From sequence record SRR31156797_1270: 43,864 nt of DNA; one strand, written 5' to 3'. The translations under genes were made by a program, and so were the position numbers. A model generated the notes under the pieces. It searched no databases. It was not told the origin of the DNA and was given only the letters and a program-made list of their open reading frames with translations. Positions 19,858 through 27,526 of the stretch are shown piece after piece (position 1 is the stretch's first letter; every line of letters begins with the position of its first letter).

Positions 19858-21516
19858 TTATCCCTCCGCAGAACGCCCTTTCTGAGGGAACAACCCTCGG
19901 GGCTTTTTCTGAATAAATAGAATGATGAACACAAGCACTAAGATTTTCGCCAGAACTGCGCCAGCCCAAGGTTCCATAATTTTGTTCGCCACACCCAGTG
20001 ACATCCCAGCCACCAGCGTGCCCCACAAGTTACCCACACCACCGAACACCACCACCATAAAGGAGTCGATAATGTAAGCCTGACCAAGGTTCGGACCTAC
20101 GTTAGTTAACTGGCTTAGCGCCACACCCGCAATACCTGCAATGCCAGATCCTAACCCGAAGGTCATAGCATCTACCCATTCAGAGCGGACACCCATCGCA
20201 CGCGCCATACTGCGGTTCTGAGAAACCGCTCGAACCTCTATACCCAATCGTGTGTAGTTCAATGTTAAGTACAAAAGTGCAAATACAATCAGACAGAAAA
20301 CAATGATATACAGACGATTTAACGTAAGACTAAGCAGTGGATTTATTTCTATTACCCCCTGCATGAAATCCGGTGTAGAAACAGAACGGTTTAAAGGTGA
20401 GAAAATAGTTCGAACCGCTTGTTGTAACACCAAACTGATACCGAATGTCGCCAGCAACGTTTCTAACGGTCGGCCATATAAGAAACGTATTACGCAGCGT
20501 TCAATCAAAACGCCTGCTGCTGCTGAAACTAAAAATGCTAAGGGAATAGAGATAAATACCGACAATCCGATATGGTCTGGCATCAGGGTCTGAACCACGT
20601 AAGTGGTATACGCGCCCAACATGATGAGCTCACCATGTGCCATATTAATTACACCCATAACACCAAAGGTGATTGCCAAACCTATGGCTGCTAACACTAA
20701 AACTGAACCCAGACTTAAACCAAAGAATAGCGTTTGGGTCATATCAGCCACTTTTTCCCGCTGTTCAATACTGGTTAATGCTGAGCGCGCTGCAGTCTGT
20801 AATTCGCTGTCCGGGTGGTCATTTAGAAACTGAGTCAGAGCGTTACGAGCCGTGGGTTGATAGCTAGGTTTTAGCGTCTCAATGGCTTGTTTGAGTACCG
20901 CTTCATCACTCTTATTTGATAGGTCATAAACGGCTAGAGCTGTCGTACCCAGCTCTTTTACATTATCATCGCTTTCAGTCTCAAGGTGAGCTTTAAGCAA
21001 TGCGTAGCTGTCTTCATCCATAGAGCCCATTAGCTGATTGATCGCATCAATACGCTTGTCTGGATTGGGGTGAGAAATACTGAGTTCAGCAATTGCTGAC
21101 TTTAACTGACCGCGAACACGGTTATTGATACCGACTTTCTTCACCGCTCTCGATTTAACGGATTTGTGCTCACTTCCATCGGTAGAAAACAATGGGGCAA
21201 TGACGTATTCACGGCCATCTTTATTAACAATAGTAACCAGCGATGACGTTGCTTTTTCAACATACAAGTCACCGTTCAAAAGTAAATTTAAAACTTCGAC
21301 AGCTCTTTCATCACCACTTTGTGAAATACTATCAACACCAGATTCAATTCGATTGAATTTGAGTGTAGATAAGGCTGTTAGCCCTTCATCAAATGAAGCA
21401 GCCGTTTCGGCTTGCGCCAAAGAAGTCACACATAAGGCAGTCATTCCAACTAACCACGCTAAAGCGCACCGCTTTAGGTTATTAACCGGAAAATAAAAAC
21501 ACTTAAAAAAGACCAT
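19858..21516 (-). CDS. urtB: Urea ABC transporter permease UrtB (long proteobacterial form with N-terminal periplasmic extension)
   Basis: GVINMAHGE, YGRPLETLLATFG, PRGLFPQKGR. Start uncertain; 21516 chosen for its upstream GAAGGG. Confidence 0.9.
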   Translation of the reverse strand: MVFFKCFYFPVNNLKRCALAWLVGMTALCVTSLAQAETAASFDEGLTALSTLKFNRIESGVDSISQSGDERAVEVLNLLLNGDLYVEKATSSLVTIVNKDGREYVIAPLFSTDGSEHKSVKSRAVKKVGINNRVRGQLKSAIAELSISHPNPDKRIDAINQLMGSMDEDSYALLKAHLETESDDNVKELGTTALAVYDLSNKSDEAVLKQAIETLKPSYQPTARNALTQFLNDHPDSELQTAARSALTSIEQREKVADMTQTLFFGLSLGSVLVLAAIGLAITFGVMGVINMAHGELIMLGAYTTYVVQTLMPDHIGLSVFISIPLAFLVSAAAGVLIERCVIRFLYGRPLETLLATFGISLVLQQAVRTIFSPLNRSVSTPDFMQGVIEINPLLSLTLNRLYIIVFCLIVFALLYLTLNYTRLGIEVRAVSQNRSMARAMGVRSEWVDAMTFGLGSGIAGIAGVALSQLTNVGPNLGQAYIIDSFMVVVFGGVGNLWGTLVAGMSLGVANKIMEPWAGAVLAKILVLVFIILFIQKKPRGLFPQKGRSAEG

Positions 21517-21587
21517 GGGTAACCCTTCTTTACTCAGCGAATAGTGCGAGTAAATAATCAAAATCCATTTCCAACTAAGGAAGGGGG

Positions 21588-21619
21588 AACTGAGTGGGGC
21601 GAATGGCCCACACCCAGTT
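21588..21619 (-). other. Imperfect intercistronic stem-loop between urtA and urtB
   Basis: AACTGAGTGGGGC-gaatg-GCCCACACCCAGTT inverted repeat. Confidence 0.5.
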
Positions 21620-21655
21620 ATTCACACAACATAAAATCAAACATGCTCAGCAGGA

Positions 21656-22930
21656 TTAGTAGTTCTGACCCGAACACTTACCTGTTTTGACGTTGTAGTT
21701 ACCGCAAGTAAGCGGTGCACGCCAGTCAGAGATCAGGTCTTTAGAACCCGGAAGGAAATCAGACCAAGCATCGCCTGCAACCAGACCAGCAGTCTCCCAT
21801 ACCGTTTGGAACTGACCGTCATCCTGAATTTCACCAATCAGAACAGGTTTAGTGATGTGGTGGTTTGGCATCATCGTTGAGTAGCCACCGGTCAGGTTAG
21901 GAACAGAAGTACCGATCAATGCATTTTGAACCACGGCTGGATCTGTTGTACCCGCTGCTTCTACCGCTTTCACCCACATGTTAAAGCCGATGTACGTTGC
22001 TTCCATTGGGTCATTGGTTACACGTGAATCATCTTTGGTGAATTTATGCCAAGCTTCAATAAACTCATCATTCGCTTCTGAATCGACACTTTCAAAGTAG
22101 TTCCACGCAGCAAGGTGACCAACCAGTGGAGAAGTATCCATACCAGATAGCTCTTCTTCACCGACAGAGAATGCCACTACTGGAATTTCATCAGCCGTTA
22201 CGCCTTGGTTACCAAGCTCTTTGTAGAATGGTACGTTTGCATCACCGTTAACCGTTGATACAACAGCCGTTTTCTTACCTGCTGAGCCGAACTTCTTAAT
22301 ATCAGAAACAATTGACTGCCAGTCTGAGTGACCGAATGGCGTGTAGTTGATCATGATGTCTGAAGCCGCTACACCTTTGTCTTTGAGGTAAGCTTCAAGA
22401 ATTTTGTTAGTCGTACGAGGGTAAACATAATCCGTACCTGCAAGTACCCAACGTTTTACGCCTTGATCCATTAAGTAGTCAACCGCCGGAATCGCCTGTT
22501 GGTTTGGTGCAGCTCCGGTATAGAAAACATTTTTCGAAGACTCTTCACCTTCGTACTGAACTGGGTAAAACAGGATACTGTCCAGCTCTTCAAATACCGG
22601 CAGTACTGATTTACGAGATACTGACGTCCAACAACCAAACACTGCAGATACTTGATCTTTTGAAATCAACTCACGTGCTTTTTCAGCAAATAGAGGCCAG
22701 TTAGATGCAGGGTCAACCACAACAGGCTCAAGCTTTTTGCCCAACAAACCGCCCTTTTTGTTTTGCTCGTCAATCAGCATCAACATGGTGTCTTTCAATG
22801 TGGTTTCACTGATTGCCATCGTGCCTGACAATGAGTGTAAAACACCGACTTTGATTGTATCTTCTGCCATTGCATGCGCACTAAGTAAAGACGCTGCTAT
22901 CACCGCTGTGGAGAGGAATTTCCGTTTCAT
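21656..22930 (-). CDS. urtA: Urea ABC transporter substrate-binding protein UrtA
   Basis: Signal peptide; HSLSGTMAISE, DPASNWPLFAE, CWTSVSRK, YPVQYEG, GTDYVYPR, NHH motifs. Confidence 0.95.
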   Translation of the reverse strand: MKRKFLSTAVIAASLLSAHAMAEDTIKVGVLHSLSGTMAISETTLKDTMLMLIDEQNKKGGLLGKKLEPVVVDPASNWPLFAEKARELISKDQVSAVFGCWTSVSRKSVLPVFEELDSILFYPVQYEGEESSKNVFYTGAAPNQQAIPAVDYLMDQGVKRWVLAGTDYVYPRTTNKILEAYLKDKGVAASDIMINYTPFGHSDWQSIVSDIKKFGSAGKKTAVVSTVNGDANVPFYKELGNQGVTADEIPVVAFSVGEEELSGMDTSPLVGHLAAWNYFESVDSEANDEFIEAWHKFTKDDSRVTNDPMEATYIGFNMWVKAVEAAGTTDPAVVQNALIGTSVPNLTGGYSTMMPNHHITKPVLIGEIQDDGQFQTVWETAGLVAGDAWSDFLPGSKDLISDWRAPLTCGNYNVKTGKCSGQNY

Positions 22931-23018
22931 TCTTCATCTTCCTTTGATTATTAAATGGTCCAAACTTACGGAGTTTAAGTAAGCTCCGAAAAAGTATCGG
23001 TGAGATAACCATTTAGCG

Positions 23019-23137
23019 ATATGCGCATATTGCGCACTTTAACTACGTCAAACTACGCATATTTGTTTTTCTGATTTCACGCTATACTCGCGCGACAGTG
23101 CGCTTAAAAAAAAAGACCAAAACAAAAACAGCGCACT
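23019..23137. promoter_or_regulatory. Divergent urtA/sensor promoter region with palindromic candidate operators
   Basis: TGCGCA-TAT-TGCGCA (23022-23036); TACGTCA-AA-CTACGCA (23044-23059); -10 TATACT on + (23083-23088); inverted repeat AGTGCGCT/AGCGCACT (23097-23104, 23130-23137). Confidence 0.5.
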
Positions 23138-23188
23138 TCAATACTTGCAAGGAATGCAGGTGTAAAATTAAAGGATTAAGAGACAGGC

Positions 23189-26100
23189 ATGCAAAAAATC
23201 CCGGTAACGCGCAGGCGTTACAACAAATTGGTGGGTAATGAGTTACTCGAAGACTTTGCCCTGCGTTTTACCGCAAAGCGCGCTAGGAAATGGTCTGCCA
23301 GTTGGATAGCAAACACTGCGTTAGGCATCGTTTCGTTTCTGGTCTTGGAAGCCATTGGCGGCACCATCACCTTAAACTACGGTGTCATCAATTCTCTTTG
23401 GGCGATTGTCGGCGTTTCGCTGGTGGTGATTTTAAGTGGGATTCCCATCTGCTATTACGCCGCAAAATATGGTGTTGATGCCGACCTGCTCAGTCGAGGA
23501 GCCGGTTTTGGTTATATTGGTTCGACTATCGTTTCCCTTATCTACGCTTCCTTTACCTTTATCTTTTTTGCCTTAGAAGCCGCCATTATGTCGATGGCAC
23601 TCGAGCTGTTGTTCGGTATTCCACTCTTCTGGGGCTACATCATCAGCGCAGTCATTGTTATCCCTTTAGTTGCGCTTGGAATATCCAATATCGGGCGTTT
23701 CCAAATGTGGTCACAGCCGTTATGGCTGGCAATGCAACTGATTCCTTTGTTCTTTGTTTTCTCCCACCCTGACAGCCAAATTGATCAATGGCTCGACTAT
23801 GGAGGGTTAGTCGGACACAGCCCAGAGTTTGACTGGATGTTATTTGGTGCTGCTTCTGCGGTGTTACTTTCGGTAGTTGCTCAAATTGGCGAACAGGTCG
23901 ATTTTCTGCGTTTCCTCCCAGCTCAGACTCCGTCAACAAAATTGCGTTGGTGGGCGGCAATGCTGATTGGTGGCCCCGGTTGGATGCTGTTTGGTGCTCT
24001 GAAGATAGCATTAGGCAGCTTTTTAGCCTGGCTCGCTATCAGCCACGGTATTGCTCCGGATCTCGCAGGCGATCCGGCACACATGTACGTGAATGTGTTT
24101 GGCTATATGACGGATAACACCAAGCTCGCGCTCATCTGTGCTGGTTTTTTCGTCATCATTTCTCAGCTAAAAATCAACGTAGCCAACGCTTACGCTGGAT
24201 CATTAGCCTGGTCGAATTTCTTCTCTCGCTTAACACACCATCATCCGGGGCGTGTCGTCTGGATGATATTTAATGTACTGATTGCCCTACTTCTTATGGA
24301 GCTAGGGGTATATCAGTTAATTGAACAAACTCTGCAAATTTATTCCGTTCTGGTTCTTTCGTGGATAGGCAGTATCGTCGCCGATTTAGCCATCAACAAG
24401 CCCTTGGGTCTCAGTCCGAAACACATTGAATTCAAGCGCTCAAAGCTGTACGACATTAACCCCGTCGGTTTAGGTTCAATGATCATTGCTTCCCTGTTTG
24501 GTTTTGCAGCACACTTCGGCATGTTTAACGACATCATCAAGGCGTTCGCTTCATACATTTCATTCATGTTGCCGTTTATCACCGCACCTTTAATCGCGTT
24601 GGCTACACGCAGTCGTTATTATCTGGTAAACGATGACATCATCATGCAACAGGGTCATGAAGAGCATCAATGTGTCGTATGTGAACATACTTTCGAAGAA
24701 GAAGACATGGCGATGTGTCCAGCCTATCAGGGACATATCTGCTCACTATGCTGTTCGCTGGATGTTCGTTGTCACGATAAATGCCGCACGCAAGCCACCT
24801 TTCATGCTCAGGTCAAAAATGTCCTTGAACCGTATTTGCCTTTGTCCTGGATTAACAAACTTTCCTCTTCTATTAGTCAGTTTGTCATGGTCATGGGATT
24901 AATGAGCCTGTCTATCGCTGCCATACTCGCACTGGCGTACAGTCAGGTCCCGAGTTTAGATCCATTAAAAATGAATGCGCTATCCATGAGTTTGTTTAAA
25001 GCATTCGCCCTATTACTCATCCCTATTGGCATCATTAGCTGGCTGTTTGTGCTAGCGCGCAGCAGCAGCAGTTTGGCAATGAAAGAGCTTCAGGCGCACA
25101 CCAATTTGCTTTCAGACGAAATAACAGCTCACGAAAAAACCTCATTAGAACTGGAGCATGCCAAGAAAAAAGCGGAAAACGCAAACGATGCGAAAAGTCG
25201 TTACCTGGCGGGGCTTAGTCACGAGTTAAGAACACCGCTTAACGTTCTTCTCGGTTACGCCCAGCTATTGAGTAACGATAAAGAACTGAGTCCGAAGAAA
25301 CGCGAATATGCAGAGACTCTGGAGCGGAACGGTAAACACCTAGGTGATTTGTTAGAAAGCTTACTGGAGATTTCCAAAATTGAAGCGGGACGTTTAGAAC
25401 TTCATCGCGACGCTTTTAATTTGCATACCCTGCTCAATCAACTGGTTGAAATGTTTCGTATGCAGGCAGAACAAAAGAAGCTCGAATTCCACTATAGCCT
25501 CGCCAGCCATTTACCGATTTTCATTACCGCCGATAAACAACGTCTGAGACAGATTCTCATCAACATGCTCAACAACGCGGTCAAATACACTGAATCAGGC
25601 CACGTTCACTTCTCCGTGACATATCGAAATCAGGTGGCTCGTTTTAGCGTTGAAGATACAGGTGTTGGTATTTCGAAAGAAGAGCAACAATTGATCTTCC
25701 GTCCATTTGAACGAATCCAGACAGATCTGACCAAACACGTCAATGGGACTGGGCTCGGCTTAACCATCTCTAACGCTTTGGCGGACCTAATGGGTGGCGA
25801 GATTGAGTGCGTCAGTGAAAAAGGTAAAGGCAGCACATTTACTTTGAAAATGATGCTGTCTGAAATCAATGACTACCAAAACGAACCCGAGCTAAGCAAT
25901 ACAGATGTCACGGGTTATGTTGGCGCAACAAAAACTATTTTGGTGGTCGATGATATCGATGACCAGCGTGTTCTGATCAGCAATATTCTTACGCCTCTTG
26001 GGTTTAATGTACTTCAGGCCAACTCCGCGCAAGCCGCATTGGAGCTAACACAAAATGAAGCTATTGATCTGTTTATGCTGGATATTTTTATGCCTCAGGT

Positions 26101-26536
26101 TAATGGCTGGCAACTGGCCATCAAGCTCAGACACAATAACTATTATCAGCCGATACTCATGTTGTCCGCCAATATTCAGGAGCTAGAAACCAATAATCAG
26201 CTCTATAGCTATCACAATGGCTACTTGACCAAACCAGTGTCTGTGCCTCAACTACTCGGTCAATTAAGCCATCTACTGAAAATTAGCTGGATTTATAGTC
26301 ACGAAGAGCCGTCTGTTGATAAACAACTTAATGACAGCTACCCGAACCATCAGGAACTGACTAAACTTAAAAGCTACGCAGAAATTGGATTTATGTCTGC
26401 GTTTAGCGAACTGTTAGACCATTTGGAAAATAACGGTCACCAAGGGACTCGCTTTATAAGCACCATGCGAGAAGAGGCGCAGCATTGTCGCTTCGCAAAC
26501 ATCGTCGAACATATTAATGGATTAATTGATTCATGA
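23189..26536 (+). CDS. Hybrid sensor histidine kinase with N-terminal NCS1/purine-cytosine-permease-like multi-TM domain, 8-Cys motif, HisKA, HATPase and REC
   Basis: About 12-13 TM in the first ~480 aa (INVANAYAGSLAWSNFF resembles NCS1 TM8); C495-C532 Cys cluster; two more TM; H-box SHELRTPLN (H678); N/G boxes (NNAVKYT, DTGVG, GTGLGL); REC VVDD...MLD965IFMP...KP. Confidence 0.88.
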   Translation: MQKIPVTRRRYNKLVGNELLEDFALRFTAKRARKWSASWIANTALGIVSFLVLEAIGGTITLNYGVINSLWAIVGVSLVVILSGIPICYYAAKYGVDADLLSRGAGFGYIGSTIVSLIYASFTFIFFALEAAIMSMALELLFGIPLFWGYIISAVIVIPLVALGISNIGRFQMWSQPLWLAMQLIPLFFVFSHPDSQIDQWLDYGGLVGHSPEFDWMLFGAASAVLLSVVAQIGEQVDFLRFLPAQTPSTKLRWWAAMLIGGPGWMLFGALKIALGSFLAWLAISHGIAPDLAGDPAHMYVNVFGYMTDNTKLALICAGFFVIISQLKINVANAYAGSLAWSNFFSRLTHHHPGRVVWMIFNVLIALLLMELGVYQLIEQTLQIYSVLVLSWIGSIVADLAINKPLGLSPKHIEFKRSKLYDINPVGLGSMIIASLFGFAAHFGMFNDIIKAFASYISFMLPFITAPLIALATRSRYYLVNDDIIMQQGHEEHQCVVCEHTFEEEDMAMCPAYQGHICSLCCSLDVRCHDKCRTQATFHAQVKNVLEPYLPLSWINKLSSSISQFVMVMGLMSLSIAAILALAYSQVPSLDPLKMNALSMSLFKAFALLLIPIGIISWLFVLARSSSSLAMKELQAHTNLLSDEITAHEKTSLELEHAKKKAENANDAKSRYLAGLSHELRTPLNVLLGYAQLLSNDKELSPKKREYAETLERNGKHLGDLLESLLEISKIEAGRLELHRDAFNLHTLLNQLVEMFRMQAEQKKLEFHYSLASHLPIFITADKQRLRQILINMLNNAVKYTESGHVHFSVTYRNQVARFSVEDTGVGISKEEQQLIFRPFERIQTDLTKHVNGTGLGLTISNALADLMGGEIECVSEKGKGSTFTLKMMLSEINDYQNEPELSNTDVTGYVGATKTILVVDDIDDQRVLISNILTPLGFNVLQANSAQAALELTQNEAIDLFMLDIFMPQVNGWQLAIKLRHNNYYQPILMLSANIQELETNNQLYSYHNGYLTKPVSVPQLLGQLSHLLKISWIYSHEEPSVDKQLNDSYPNHQELTKLKSYAEIGFMSAFSELLDHLENNGHQGTRFISTMREEAQHCRFANIVEHINGLIDS

Positions 26537-27450
26537 ACGATTTCTCAACGAAAAATATCATTGTTTTAGTTGTTGATGACTCTCCAGAGTCTTTAGGCAT
26601 GCTTAACGCCACCCTTAACGACGCAGGACTGACAGTTTTGGTAGCATTGGACGGACATCAGGCGCTTTCTATCGTCGATAAAATTCAACCTGACGTTATC
26701 TTGCTGGATGCCGTTATGCCAGTGTTGGATGGCTTCGACACCTGTTTAAAACTGAAAGAGAAACTCCCCGCCATTCCAATCATCTTTATGACTGGCTTAA
26801 ATGATTCAAAACACGTAATTAAAGGCTTCGAAGCCGGTGGCGTTGATTACATCACTAAACCTGTCGTACCCGCTGAAGTTCTTGCACGCATCCGCGTTCA
26901 CAGCCATAACGCGAGAATGGCAAAGTCTGCACAGGCAGCACTCGATTATGCCGGACAGTTTATCTTCTGTGTATCAAAAAATGGGGATTTAGAATGGGCA
27001 ACTCCTCATGCTCAAGAGCTGCTTTGTGACATCAATTCTCGCTCCGATGAACACAGTGATATCTCAAATACCTGGGCGCAAATTCAGCCAGATATAGCAA
27101 AATGGCTAAATTGTGGTGACACATCTACTCCTCTGACGTTGACACAATTTGACTCACCTTTAGAAGCCACGTTTGCAGGTAATGACAGTAATACTCATGT
27201 ACTCATTCGAGTGAATGTACCGAAACAGGCAGGAACAGAGGAAGACTTAAGAACCGTTTTCAACATTACCAAACGTGAATCTCAAGTTCTTTATTGGCTC
27301 TCTTTTGGTAAAACCAACTGGGAAATTGCACAGATACTCGATATGAGTCCTCGCACCGTTAATAAACATCTGGAACAAATCTATAAAAAACTCGAAGTGG
27401 ACAACCGGACGTCTGCGGTCAGTATGTCGATCAGAGTGTTAGAAAAGTAG
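26533..27450 (+). CDS. Response regulator, REC plus central domain plus LuxR-type HTH
   Basis: VVDD, LLDAVMP, DYITKP; C-terminal ITKRESQVLYWLSFGKTNWEIAQILDMSPRTVNKHL. ATGA overlap with the kinase. Confidence 0.92.
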   Translation: MNDFSTKNIIVLVVDDSPESLGMLNATLNDAGLTVLVALDGHQALSIVDKIQPDVILLDAVMPVLDGFDTCLKLKEKLPAIPIIFMTGLNDSKHVIKGFEAGGVDYITKPVVPAEVLARIRVHSHNARMAKSAQAALDYAGQFIFCVSKNGDLEWATPHAQELLCDINSRSDEHSDISNTWAQIQPDIAKWLNCGDTSTPLTLTQFDSPLEATFAGNDSNTHVLIRVNVPKQAGTEEDLRTVFNITKRESQVLYWLSFGKTNWEIAQILDMSPRTVNKHLEQIYKKLEVDNRTSAVSMSIRVLEK

Positions 27451-27490
27451 TTTACTTTTGGAGCTAAAACCTTGTCTTAAGACAATATCC

Positions 27491-27525
27491 ATGGTGGATA
27501 TAGGCTCCAAGCCTACCTCCACCAT
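27491..27525. terminator. Hairpin between convergent regulator and U32 genes
   Basis: ATGGTGGA-ta-TAGGCT-cca-AGCCTA-cc-TCCACCAT; no canonical U tract. Confidence 0.45.
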
Positions 27526-27526
27526 C

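Noticed and set aside
19856-20026. Apparent long urtC/urtB overlap
   Set aside because: Artefact of the upstream start choice; ATG 19855 with an RBS lies right after the urtB stop.
23130-23160. GCGCAC...TTGC as a sigma54 -24/-12 promoter
   Set aside because: Lacks the GG dinucleotide and has the wrong spacing (8 instead of 5 nt).
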